Source: Eubacteriales bacterium (lineage in GTDB: Bacteria > Bacillota > Clostridia > Oscillospirales > CAG-272). Taken from it: a DNA stretch of 64,000 nucleotides. Both the position numbers and the translations under genes were made by a program. The stretch is taken from NCBI GenBank assembly GCA_045533505.1, contig JAZSHY010000014.1:28361-92360 (forward strand), in the 5' to 3' direction. Every line of letters starts with the position of its first letter. Positions within the stretch are counted from its first letter, which is position 1. The notes beneath the pieces are model-generated. The model ran no database searches and had not been told where the DNA came from. It was given only the letters and a program-made list of their open reading frames with translations. Of the stretch, positions 9,478-18,210 are shown piece by piece.

Positions 9478-9588
9478 TTTGTTACCTCCTTAGGGGAACC
9501 CTTTTTTATTTCGTTTCCATTCTATCACAAAAATTTCCAAATGTCAATAGTATTTGCTATTTTTTAACATTTTTTTCAAAATACCCTT

Positions 9589-10554
9589 TTGGAGGTACAA
9601 ACGCGATGGGAGGGCGTGCTCTATGCTGATGCTGCCGAAAACCGTGCTATGACAGAGGCCGTGGCGGAACGGCTCCTTCCCCTTTTGCCGCCGAGCGTTA
9701 CTTTGGCGCTTTCGGCGCAAAGGGCCTCGCGCAAGGAGCTTTTTGTCGCCCTTTCGGAAATTCGGCTGAGGGCAGAGCGATGCGCCTCGCTCACAGTTGA
9801 GGGCGAGAACATTCCCCTCCCCGTTTTCCTTAGCGCAGCCGAGCTGTCCTCGCAGCTTCTCCGCCTCTGTCAGGGCTCGCTTTATGCCTACCGCGAGGCG
9901 CTCGCCGAGGGCTACCTTCCGCTTTTTGACGGGATACGCCTCGGCGTAGCGGGGCGCGCCGTTTGCGAGGGCGGCAGAGTCACGGGAGTGACCGATATAC
10001 GCTCACTCTCCTTCCGTATTCCTCACCCCGTCCCCTCGGCAGCCGAGGAGGCCGAGGAGGTGTTTCGCTCTCTTGACGGGCGCGGCCTTCTCGTGTATTC
10101 GCGCCCGGGGGTGGGAAAGACCACGCTCCTGCGCGACCTCGGGCGACGGCTTGCTAACGGACGGCAGGCCAAAAGAGTGGTGCTGATAGACAGCCGCGGT
10201 GAGCTTTCGGGAGGAGACTACGGGCGGTTCGCGCTTATCGACATTCTGCTCGGCTATCCGAAGGCTGTGGGAATTGAGCAGGCCGTGCGCACCCTCTCGC
10301 CCGAGGTGCTTCTTCTTGATGAAATCGGCTCGCGCGAGGAGGCGGAGGCCATTCTCGCGGTGTCGGGCTGCGGCGTTCCGATGGTAGCGACGGCGCATGC
10401 CGCCACGCGAGAGGAGCTTTGTGCGCGCCCTGCCGTACGCATGCTGCTTGAGGCAGGCATCTTCGGCGCGCTTTTCGGCCTCGCACGGCACGGGGGGAGA
10501 GTCGTGGGAGTGCGGGAGGAAATCTTGCTCTCTCCCCGGGAGGAGGTTATATGA
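9589..10554 (+). CDS. spoIIIAA: Stage III sporulation protein AA (ATPase)
   Basis: Walker A SRPGVGKTTLLRDLGRRL and Walker B LLLDEIG. It is the first gene of a colinear AA-AH operon. The start is uncertain: TTG 9589, GTG 9616 or ATG 9649. Confidence 0.85.
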   Translation: MEVQTRWEGVLYADAAENRAMTEAVAERLLPLLPPSVTLALSAQRASRKELFVALSEIRLRAERCASLTVEGENIPLPVFLSAAELSSQLLRLCQGSLYAYREALAEGYLPLFDGIRLGVAGRAVCEGGRVTGVTDIRSLSFRIPHPVPSAAEEAEEVFRSLDGRGLLVYSRPGVGKTTLLRDLGRRLANGRQAKRVVLIDSRGELSGGDYGRFALIDILLGYPKAVGIEQAVRTLSPEVLLLDEIGSREEAEAILAVSGCGVPMVATAHAATREELCARPAVRMLLEAGIFGALFGLARHGGRVVGVREEILLSPREEVI

Positions 10555-11036
10555 CGGTCAAGCTCTGCGGAGCCTGTCTTATGCTGCTGCTCGCCACCAT
10601 GCTTGCAAGCCGCGGCCAAGCGGCCCTTCGGGAAAGGGTTGCGGTGCTTGAGGGCTTTCTTTCGCTTTTGCGGTACATTCGGGAGAAAATTGCCTGCTTC
10701 CGCACCCCTGCGCCCGATATCTTCGAAAGCTTTCACTGCGAGGCACTCAGCCGCACGGGCTTTCTTACGCAGCTGCGCGATGGGGGCATGCTCTTCGCGC
10801 TTGAGCATAGGGGGGACGGACTCTATCTTGACGGAGAGACGATGGCTCTGCTTTCCGAGTTCGCCGCCGAGCTCGGGGGCGGCTATGCCGAGGAGGAGCT
10901 TGCACGGTGTGAGCTTGCGATAGCGCGGCTCTCCGACATTCTTGCCTCCTATAAGGAAAGCCTGCCGAAGAGCACGAGGCTTTACCGCACCCTTATGCTA
11001 AGCGGTACCCTTGCGGTCATTATTGTGCTTTTGTAA
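10551..11036 (+). CDS. spoIIIAB: Stage III sporulation protein AB
   Basis: 161 aa with an N-terminal TM helix. There is a 4-nt ATGA overlap with spoIIIAA. Operon position and size match SpoIIIAB. Confidence 0.8.
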   Translation: MTVKLCGACLMLLLATMLASRGQAALRERVAVLEGFLSLLRYIREKIACFRTPAPDIFESFHCEALSRTGFLTQLRDGGMLFALEHRGDGLYLDGETMALLSEFAAELGGGYAEEELARCELAIARLSDILASYKESLPKSTRLYRTLMLSGTLAVIIVLL

Positions 11037-11079
11037 TCATATGGTAATAGGGGACAAGAACAAGGAGGAGGAAGGAAAA

Positions 11080-11274
11080 ATGGAGGTAGGTCTTATATTG
11101 AAGGTGGTGGGGGTAGGTATGCTGGTAACCGTATCCTGCCAGATTTTATCAAAGGCGGGGCGTGACGAGCAGGCCATGCTCGTCTCGCTTGCGGGAATTG
11201 TCGTGGTGCTCCTTTTGCTGATGGGAGAGATTGGAAAGCTTTATGAAGCCATACGGAGCATTTTTCAGTTTTGA
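11080..11274 (+). CDS. spoIIIAC: Stage III sporulation protein AC
   Basis: Internal ATG of ORF 11011..11274 after AGGAGGAGGAAGG. The 64-aa two-TM product is MEVGLILKVVGVGMLVTVSCQILSKAGRDEQA..., typical of SpoIIIAC. Confidence 0.85.
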   Translation: MEVGLILKVVGVGMLVTVSCQILSKAGRDEQAMLVSLAGIVVVLLLLMGEIGKLYEAIRSIFQF

Positions 11275-11654
11275 CCTTCTTAAAGCTATGCGGGCTTTGC
11301 CTCCTTGCCGCCTGCCTTCTTCTGCTTCTTCGGGAAGCGGGAGGGCGTTACCTCCCCCTCATTGCCCTCTCGGGCGGCGTTATCCTTCTTCTCTATCTTT
11401 TCGAGGAGCTTCGGCTTGTAACCTCCTTTCTGGAGGAGCTCGCGGTGGGAGACACGGTGAAGGACGTGCTCTCGCTCTCCCTGCGCATTCTCGGCCTTTG
11501 CCTTCTCACCGAGCTGACGGCAAGCCTTTGCCGCGACATGGGGGAGGGAGGGCTTGCCTCACGGCTGGAGCTTTGCGGACGGGTGGAAATTCTTGTGGTC
11601 TCGCTCCCCACCCTCGCGCGCCTCGTAGAGACCGCCGTCGCGCTTATCGGATGA
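11271..11654 (+). CDS. spoIIIAD: Stage III sporulation protein AD
   Basis: 127-aa polytopic membrane protein containing ...LCRDMGEGGLASRLELCGRV.... It overlaps the AC stop and the AE start. Confidence 0.85.
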   Translation: MTFLKLCGLCLLAACLLLLLREAGGRYLPLIALSGGVILLLYLFEELRLVTSFLEELAVGDTVKDVLSLSLRILGLCLLTELTASLCRDMGEGGLASRLELCGRVEILVVSLPTLARLVETAVALIG

Positions 11655-12745
11655 AGCGGCTCTCGCTTCTCCTTCTCCTTCTCCTTTTCCCTCTTTGCTT
11701 CTCTCTTTCGGCCACAGCCGCCGAGCCGAAGGACTATGTTGACGAGCTTTACGGAGGATTGCCCTCTCTTTCAAGAGAGGCCCTCCCCGATGAGCTCAGC
11801 GAGGAATCGCTTGCCGAGGCCATCGGCATACGTCACCTTGCCGAGGTTATGCTTTCGGGAGCCTCGGAGGCTGCGCCTCGCCTTTTGCGGATATTTCTCC
11901 GTCTTCTCGGCATGGCCCTCTTTCTTTCTCTCCTGCATCAGCTGGGCGGTGATGCGGGCGGCGGCGCGCGCGTTGCCGAGATGGCCCTCTCGGCAGCCTC
12001 CTGCCTTTTGCTTTACGAAAGCTTCTCTCCTCTTTTTATGGGGGCCGTTTCCTATCTTTCGGACATGGCAGCGCTTGCGGAGCACGCCGCCCCGCTTATG
12101 GGGGCTCTGTATGCGGCAGGGGGAAACATCGCAACGGCGGCTGCCTCGGGCGGTGTGATGGCGGCCCTCTCTCTCCTTCTTGAATTTCTCTGCGGCGAGA
12201 CACTTCTACCGCTTATACGGGTAATGCTCGGCTTTCTTCTCGTCTCCTCGCTCGGCGAGGTGCGCACCGACGGAGTCATGGCCTCCTTGCGCAATCTCTA
12301 TATGCTTCTTATCGGCTTTTTCTCGGTTCTGATTGCCGCCTCGCAGGCCTTCGGCAATGCCCTCGGGAGCGCGCGGGACAGCTTCTCCCTGCGTACCCTT
12401 AAATTTGCCGTGGGACAGATGCTGCCCGTGGTGGGCGGTACGGTTTCGGGCTCGCTCGGCACGGCTATGGCCTCGCTCGGTCTTTTGCGCGGCACGGCGG
12501 GCATCACCGTGGCGGCAGCGGTGCTCCTCCCGCTTTTACCTATTATCACCGAGCTCCTCCTCTCGCGGCTCGGCCTTGGTCTTCTGGCAGGGGTTTCCGG
12601 CATGCTCGGCGCCCCTGCGGCGGGCCGCCTCTTCTCCTCCTTTCGCTCTCTTTTTGACCTCGTGCTTGCCGCCGTCAGCGTTTCCTCCCTCCTCTTTCTC
12701 TTTATTGCGGGGAGCTTTGCCCGCTGTGCACCCGTTGCCCTATGA
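11651..12745 (+). CDS. spoIIIAE: Stage III sporulation protein AE
   Basis: ATG at 11651 (ATGA overlap with spoIIIAD) inside the longer listed ORF 11231..12745. Signal-like MKRLSLLLLLLLFPLCFSLSATA is followed by a polytopic membrane domain. The upstream 140 codons of the listed ORF overlap spoIIIAD out of frame and are rejected. Confidence 0.85.
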   Translation: MKRLSLLLLLLLFPLCFSLSATAAEPKDYVDELYGGLPSLSREALPDELSEESLAEAIGIRHLAEVMLSGASEAAPRLLRIFLRLLGMALFLSLLHQLGGDAGGGARVAEMALSAASCLLLYESFSPLFMGAVSYLSDMAALAEHAAPLMGALYAAGGNIATAAASGGVMAALSLLLEFLCGETLLPLIRVMLGFLLVSSLGEVRTDGVMASLRNLYMLLIGFFSVLIAASQAFGNALGSARDSFSLRTLKFAVGQMLPVVGGTVSGSLGTAMASLGLLRGTAGITVAAAVLLPLLPIITELLLSRLGLGLLAGVSGMLGAPAAGRLFSSFRSLFDLVLAAVSVSSLLFLFIAGSFARCAPVAL

Positions 12746-13212
12746 CAGAGTATCTGCAAAGCATTCTCCTCGTTTCGGCAGTCACGGCGATTCTCGGTCT
12801 TCTGCCGGGCGAGGAGAAAATGAAAAAGGCCGTGAGCTTCGCCCTTGCCGTCGCTGTCCTTTCTGCCCTTGTGCTTCCTCTGCCAAAGCTGCTTCTCGGC
12901 CTGCCGAGCGACTATTCCTCCCTTCTCGAGAGGCTGGAGGGGGAGGCACTCGGGGAGGAGGGCTACCTCAAGGCAGAAACCCTGTCTGCAGTCGAGGAGG
13001 GAATGCACGCCTATCTTACCGAAAGGTATCGGCTTTCCCCAGAGGACCTTACGCTTTCGCTGGAGGGGGATATTGTGGACAACACGGTCATTGTGCGGCG
13101 CGTCACCCTCACGCTTTCGGGGCGCGGGGTGATGGGGGATGTGCGCTCCATGGTGGAGCATATCGAAAAAAATACAAATGCCGAATGTGTGGTGAATTAC
13201 CGTGAAGGATAA
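12742..13212 (+). CDS. spoIIIAF: Stage III sporulation protein AF
   Basis: 156 aa with two N-terminal TM helices plus a soluble domain. ATGA overlap with AE; called mainly from operon position. Confidence 0.7.
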   Translation: MTEYLQSILLVSAVTAILGLLPGEEKMKKAVSFALAVAVLSALVLPLPKLLLGLPSDYSSLLERLEGEALGEEGYLKAETLSAVEEGMHAYLTERYRLSPEDLTLSLEGDIVDNTVIVRRVTLTLSGRGVMGDVRSMVEHIEKNTNAECVVNYREG

Positions 13213-13651
13213 CGCCCTTCTCCTAAAGAGCTTTAAAAATATGAAAGGAAAGTGGAGCCTTGCCCTCCTTGGGCTTCTCGGCATTCTCGCGCTTCTTTTC
13301 GGCGGCGGCCTCGGCGAAGGACAGGAGACCGCCGCCGATACCGAAGGCTACCGCAAGGTCATGGAGGCCGAGGTCGCCTCTCTCCTTTCGGAGGTGGAGG
13401 GGGTGAGCGAGGTCAGCGTCCTTCTCACGCTTGAAGCAGGAGAGAGCTCTCTCTTTGCCGAGGACGAGGGGGGGTACCTCACGGTGGGAGGCGACGGGCT
13501 TCTGATTGAAAAGCGCCCGCCCCGCGTGGCAGGTGTAGCCGTTGTTTGCCGAGGCGGAGGCGACGCGCGCGTGCAGGAAACCGTCAAGGCACTTCTTTCG
13601 GCCTCGCTCGGTATCGGAACGCACCGCGTGGTCATCGCCGAAAAAAAATAA
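13202..13651 (+). CDS. spoIIIAG: Stage III sporulation protein AG
   Basis: 149 aa with an N-terminal TM helix. The C-terminal VAGVAVVCRGGGDARVQETVKALLSASLGIGTHRVVI motif is characteristic of SpoIIIAG. Start is GTG, with an alternative ATG at 13241. Confidence 0.75.
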   Translation: MKDNALLLKSFKNMKGKWSLALLGLLGILALLFGGGLGEGQETAADTEGYRKVMEAEVASLLSEVEGVSEVSVLLTLEAGESSLFAEDEGGYLTVGGDGLLIEKRPPRVAGVAVVCRGGGDARVQETVKALLSASLGIGTHRVVIAEKK

Positions 13652-13726
13652 ATTTTTCGGCATACCGTGGGAATACGGCGCATATAGATGGTAACACAGA
13701 AATGAAATTCAGCTGGAGGAACTGTT

Positions 13727-14266
13727 ATGGCAAAAATCGCATTCAAATCAAAGCTTTTTTCCAAAATCGGTAAGCGCGGTATTGTTATCGCCTGTGCCGT
13801 GCTTCTTATCGGAGCCGCCGTGTATCTCAATTACCAATGGTTCTACGGTGCGGGAGATGACCTCGGGTACGGTGACAACAACATGACCGGAGGCGAGGGC
13901 GGCGACACGGTCAACGTATCGACCTATTTCAGTGCCACCCAGCTTTCCCGTCAGGAGGCGCGCGACGAGGCCCTTGAGGTGCTTCAGAATGTGGTAGAGA
14001 GCGAGGATTCGCTCGCGGCCACCAAGGAAGCGGCTATGGCCGAGATGAGCCAGATTGCCCTTGACATCCAGAACGAGGCCAACATCGAAAGCCTTGTGAA
14101 GGCAAAGGGCTTTGAAAACTGTGTGGCCGTTATCAGCGGCGACAAAATTCACGTAGTGGTCGCCTCCGAGGAGGAGCTGATTGCCTCGCAGGTGGCACAA
14201 ATCAACGAAATCGTGTATGAGGCCACGGGCATTCTGCCGACCAACGTGAAAATCATGCGCAAATAA
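13727..14266 (+). CDS. spoIIIAH: Stage III sporulation protein AH
   Basis: 179 aa with an N-terminal TM helix (GIVIACAVLLIGAAVYL) and an acidic linker. The C-terminal domain ends IHVVVASEE...EATGILPTNVKIM. It is the last gene of the operon. Confidence 0.7.
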   Translation: MAKIAFKSKLFSKIGKRGIVIACAVLLIGAAVYLNYQWFYGAGDDLGYGDNNMTGGEGGDTVNVSTYFSATQLSRQEARDEALEVLQNVVESEDSLAATKEAAMAEMSQIALDIQNEANIESLVKAKGFENCVAVISGDKIHVVVASEEELIASQVAQINEIVYEATGILPTNVKIMRK

Positions 14267-14284
14267 CACCGAAGGGCGAAGAAC

Positions 14285-14320
14285 GGAGCTGCAGCAAGCA
14301 TGGACTGCGGCTCCTTTTTT
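14285..14320 (+). terminator. Intrinsic terminator after spoIIIAH
   Basis: GGAGCTGCAG...CTGCGGCTCC stem (one G-U pair) followed by TTTTTT. Confidence 0.65.
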
Positions 14321-14460
14321 CTGGTTTTCATCTCCGTTCTCTTGCGCTTTCCCGTCAAAAGTGATATACTGTTTTTACAAGCCGCGAGGCGCTTCGGAGA
14401 GGCCGTTGCTTAGCTCCTGCCGTCCTGCCCCGCGGAAATCCCCCCAAAAAAGGAACCAAA

Positions 14461-16935
14461 ATGAAACAGTTTCGTGTGACGGGAATGAGCTGTGCCGCCT
14501 GCTCCTCCCGTGTAGAGGCGGCGGTGCTTTCCTGCCCGGGTGTGTCGTCCTGTGACGTGAACCTTCTTACAGGCACAATGCGCGTTCAGGGCGAGGCCAC
14601 CGAGGAGGAAATTGTCGCCGCCGTCAGGGCGGCGGGCTACGGAGCCTCCCCTATGGAGGAGGCTGCCGCATCCCCTGCGGTGAAGGAGGGCGAGGACCGC
14701 GCCCGCCGCGATGTGGCGCGGCGGCTTCTCCTTTCCTTTATCCTTTTGCTGCCCCTTATGTATCTCTCCATGGGACACAGCATGCTGGGGCTGCCCCTGC
14801 CGCGCCTCCTTGCCGATACGCCTGCCGCAAACGGCCTTTGCCAGATGCTTCTCTCGCTTGCCGTTATGCTCCTGAACCGAGGCTTCTTCCTTCGCGGCGC
14901 GCGTGCCCTTCTTCATCGTGCCGCCACCATGGACACGCTCGTTTCGCTCGGCTCGGCGGCCTCCTTCGGATACAGCCTTTTCCGCCTTCTTTCGCTGCTC
15001 CTGCACCCCGAGGCTCCGCTTGCCCACGATTTCTATTTCGATTCGGCGGCCATGATTCTCGTGCTCATTACCCTCGGGAAGCTTCTGGAGGCTCGCTCCA
15101 AGGGGAAAACCATGACGGCCCTTGCGGCCCTGGAACGGCTCTCTCCCGCCACGGTCTCGGTTCTGCGCGACGGGGTGGAGTGTCTCCTCCCCATCGAGCA
15201 GCTTTCGCGGGATGACGTCTTTCTCGTCCGCCCCGGGGAAAGCATTGCCGCCGACGGCATTGTGCTCTCGGGGGAAAGCGCGGTAAACGAGGCCTCCCTC
15301 ACGGGAGAGAGCCTCCCCGCCTATAAAAAGGTCGGCGACAGCGTGTCTGCCGCTACCATAAACCAATCGGGCGTGCTCACCTGCCGCGCCACGCGCGTCG
15401 GGCAGGAGACCACCCTCTCGCAAATGATACGGACGGTGAGCGATGCCGCCGCCTCCAAGGCACCTGTGGCAAGGCTTGCCGACAGGGTATCCGGCGTTTT
15501 CGTCCCCCTCGTGCTGGGGCTCTCTGCCATAACCGCCCTCGTCTGGCTGCTACTTGGCCAAGGAGCAGGCTTTGCCATGACGCGTGCCGTTTCTGTGCTT
15601 GTTATCTCCTGCCCATGCGCCCTCGGGCTTGCCACGCCCGTGGCTATCATGGTAGGCTGCGGCGTCGGGGCAAGGCAGGGTATTCTCTTTAAAACCGCCG
15701 CCGCACTTGAAGGGCTCGGCAGGGTGAGGGTGGTCGCCCTTGACAAAACGGGGACCGTCACACGGGGCGAGCCCTCGGTCACCGACTGCCTCCCTTCCGA
15801 TACGGTAAGCGAAGCGGAGCTTTTCCGTATTGCCTATGACTTAGAATACCGCAGCGAGCACCCCTTGGGCAGGGCAATTGTCGCGTACGGGACGGAAAGA
15901 GGGCTCACACCCCGCGAGATAGAGGACTTCACGGTTTTGCCCGGCGAGGGGCTCTCGGCGAAACGGGAGGGAACCCTGCTTTACGGCGGAAGCCTTCGCT
16001 TTATCGAAACGGTGGCAAGCCTCGACAGCACGGTGAAGGACCGTGCGAGGGCCCTTGCCGATGAGGGCAAAACACCCCTCTTTTTTGCCGCGGAGGGGCG
16101 CTTCCTCGGCTGTATTGCCGTGGCCGACACCGAAAAGCCCGAGGCCGCCGATGCCATAGCGGCGCTTTCCGACATGGGTATCCGAACGGTCATGCTGACA
16201 GGGGATAACGCTGCCACCGCGAGGGCGGTGGGCAGCCTTGTGGGGATAGACACCGTCATGGCCGAGCTCCTCCCGACGGGGAAGGCCGATGTCCTTCGCG
16301 CGCTCCGCCGTGAGGGCGCGGTGGCCATGGTGGGGGACGGCATCAACGACGCCCCTGCCCTCGCGGTGGCCGACGTGGGCATTGCCATAGGCAGCGGCAC
16401 CGACATCGCGCAGGACACCGCCGAGGTTTTGCTGCTCGGAAGCCGTCTTACCGATGCCGTCGATGCCATACGCCTCGGGCGCGCTACCCTTCGCACCATT
16501 CGGCAGAATCTCTTCTGGGCCTTTTTCTACAATCTTATCGCCATTCCCGTGGCCGCGGGGCTTTTCGTGCCGCTCGGGATTGCGCTCTCCCCCATGCTGG
16601 GCGCGGCAGCCATGAGCCTTTCCAGCCTTTTCGTGGTAGGCAATGCTCTTCGGCTCGGGCGCTTTGCGAAAAGCGAAGAGAGGACGATTTCATACAAAAA
16701 AATAAACGAAAGGACGACACAGCAAATGGAAAAAACCGTGAAAATCAAGGGCATGATGTGCCCGCACTGCGAGGCGAGAGTCAAGAGCCTCCTGGAAGCG
16801 ATGAGCGAGGTGGCCGCCGCCGAGGTCAGCCACGTGACGGGGACCGCCGTGCTTCGGCTTTCCGCCCCTCTTGACGACGGCAGGCTGAGGGCCGCCATTG
16901 AGGCCGAGGGCTATACCGTAACCGAAATTCTGTAA
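14461..16935 (+). CDS. copA: Copper-translocating P1B-type ATPase with N-terminal and extra C-terminal HMA domains
   Basis: N-terminal GMSCAACSSRVE (HMA), the CPC motif SCPCALGLATP, the phosphorylation site DKTGT, and the GDGINDAP hinge. A second HMA (MEKTVKIKGMMCPHCEARV) follows the last TM segment. Confidence 0.95.
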   Translation: MKQFRVTGMSCAACSSRVEAAVLSCPGVSSCDVNLLTGTMRVQGEATEEEIVAAVRAAGYGASPMEEAAASPAVKEGEDRARRDVARRLLLSFILLLPLMYLSMGHSMLGLPLPRLLADTPAANGLCQMLLSLAVMLLNRGFFLRGARALLHRAATMDTLVSLGSAASFGYSLFRLLSLLLHPEAPLAHDFYFDSAAMILVLITLGKLLEARSKGKTMTALAALERLSPATVSVLRDGVECLLPIEQLSRDDVFLVRPGESIAADGIVLSGESAVNEASLTGESLPAYKKVGDSVSAATINQSGVLTCRATRVGQETTLSQMIRTVSDAAASKAPVARLADRVSGVFVPLVLGLSAITALVWLLLGQGAGFAMTRAVSVLVISCPCALGLATPVAIMVGCGVGARQGILFKTAAALEGLGRVRVVALDKTGTVTRGEPSVTDCLPSDTVSEAELFRIAYDLEYRSEHPLGRAIVAYGTERGLTPREIEDFTVLPGEGLSAKREGTLLYGGSLRFIETVASLDSTVKDRARALADEGKTPLFFAAEGRFLGCIAVADTEKPEAADAIAALSDMGIRTVMLTGDNAATARAVGSLVGIDTVMAELLPTGKADVLRALRREGAVAMVGDGINDAPALAVADVGIAIGSGTDIAQDTAEVLLLGSRLTDAVDAIRLGRATLRTIRQNLFWAFFYNLIAIPVAAGLFVPLGIALSPMLGAAAMSLSSLFVVGNALRLGRFAKSEERTISYKKINERTTQQMEKTVKIKGMMCPHCEARVKSLLEAMSEVAAAEVSHVTGTAVLRLSAPLDDGRLRAAIEAEGYTVTEIL

Positions 16936-16981
16936 AAGAGGATATCCGACTCTGAATTTCTCGGTTTCTCTCTTTTTCGGA

Positions 16982-17010
16982 TTGACTTTTTCCCACGAAT
17001 ATGCTATAAT
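16982..17010 (+). promoter_or_regulatory. Sigma-A type promoter TTGACT-17-TATAAT upstream of asd
   Basis: TTGACT at 16982-16987, a 17-nt spacer, TATAAT at 17005-17010. Confidence 0.55.
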
Positions 17011-17063
17011 TCTCTGGTGTTACTGTAATACAATGTTTACTATACTCTCTGGAGGTACGAAAG

Positions 17064-18143
17064 ATGAAGCTGAAGGTAGGAATTGTTGGCGCAACAGGCA
17101 TGGTAGGACAGCGCTTTATCACCCTTCTTGAAAATCACCCGTATTTTGAAATTTCCGCCGTGATTGCCAGCGGACGCAGCGCGGGCAAAACCTATGAGGA
17201 GGCTGTGGGCGAAAGATGGAAGCTCTCGGTCCCGATGCCCGAGTGCGTCAAGCGCATGGTGGTGCTTGACTCCGAGGACACCGCCGCCATTGCCGACGCC
17301 GCCGATTTCGTTTTTTGCGCCGTGAATATGCCGAAGGCCGATGTCGTGGCCCTTGAGGAGAGGCTCGCCCGTGCGGAGCTCCCCGTGGTATCGAATAACT
17401 CTGCCAACCGTTGGACGCCCGACGTACCGATGATTATTCCCGAAATCAACAACCATCACCTTGCCGTCATTGAGGCACAGAGAAGAAGGCTCGGCACCGA
17501 GCGCGGCTTCATCGCCGTCAAGCCGAACTGCTCCATTCAGAGCTACGTGCCTGCCCTCACTCCCCTTCTCCCCTTCCGCCCGCTTCGTGTGGTGGCCACT
17601 ACCTACCAGGCCATCAGCGGTGCCGGCAAGACCTTCCGCGAATGGCCCGAAATGGTGGGGAACGTCATTCCCTACATCGGCGGCGAGGAGGAAAAGAGCG
17701 AGCAGGAGCCCCTCCGCATCTGGGGCCGTATTGAGGACGGGAAGATTGTGAAGGCCGAGGCACCTCTTATCACCACGCAGTGCATTCGCGTGCCCGTGAC
17801 CGATGGGCATCTGGCTGCCGTGTTTGTGGACTTTGAGAGGAAGCCCACAAAGGAGCAGATTCTGGAGGCCTGGGCCACCTTCCGCGGGCGCCCGCAGGAG
17901 CTGGGGCTCCCCTCCGCACCCGAGCAGTTCATCACCTACTTTGAGGAGGATAACCGCCCGCAGACCGCCCTTGACCGCGACCTTTACGGCGGTATGGGTG
18001 TCGCGCTTGGTCGCCTCCGTGAGGATACCCTTTTCGATTACAAGTTCGTCGGCCTTTCGCACAACACCCTGCGCGGTGCGGCGGGCGGCGCCCTTCTGAA
18101 CGCCGAGCTCCTCTACCGCGAGGGCTTCATCACGAAAAAATAA
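17064..18143 (+). CDS. asd: Aspartate-semialdehyde dehydrogenase
   Basis: VGIVGATGMVGQRF NAD(P)-binding start, active-site KPNCSIQ, and GLSHNTLRGAAGGA near the C-terminus. Length is 359 aa. Confidence 0.95.
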   Translation: MKLKVGIVGATGMVGQRFITLLENHPYFEISAVIASGRSAGKTYEEAVGERWKLSVPMPECVKRMVVLDSEDTAAIADAADFVFCAVNMPKADVVALEERLARAELPVVSNNSANRWTPDVPMIIPEINNHHLAVIEAQRRRLGTERGFIAVKPNCSIQSYVPALTPLLPFRPLRVVATTYQAISGAGKTFREWPEMVGNVIPYIGGEEEKSEQEPLRIWGRIEDGKIVKAEAPLITTQCIRVPVTDGHLAAVFVDFERKPTKEQILEAWATFRGRPQELGLPSAPEQFITYFEEDNRPQTALDRDLYGGMGVALGRLREDTLFDYKFVGLSHNTLRGAAGGALLNAELLYREGFITKK

Positions 18144-18172
18144 GAGAAGCGCAACAGCAGGATGACCAAAAG

Positions 18173-18199
18173 AAAAAAGCCGACAGCGTCGGCTTTTTT
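18173..18199. terminator. Bidirectional terminator
   Basis: AAAAAAGCCGAC-AGC-GTCGGCTTTTTT lies between the convergent asd and oxidoreductase genes. Confidence 0.7.
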
Positions 18200-18210
18200 C
18201 TTTTGTAATA

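Noticed and set aside
11231-11650. The N-terminal 140 codons of the listed ORF 11231..12745.
   Set aside because: This part overlaps spoIIIAD out of frame and is Arg/Pro/Gly-rich nonsense. The real spoIIIAE start is the ATG at 11651, which overlaps the spoIIIAD stop (ATGA) and gives a proper signal sequence.
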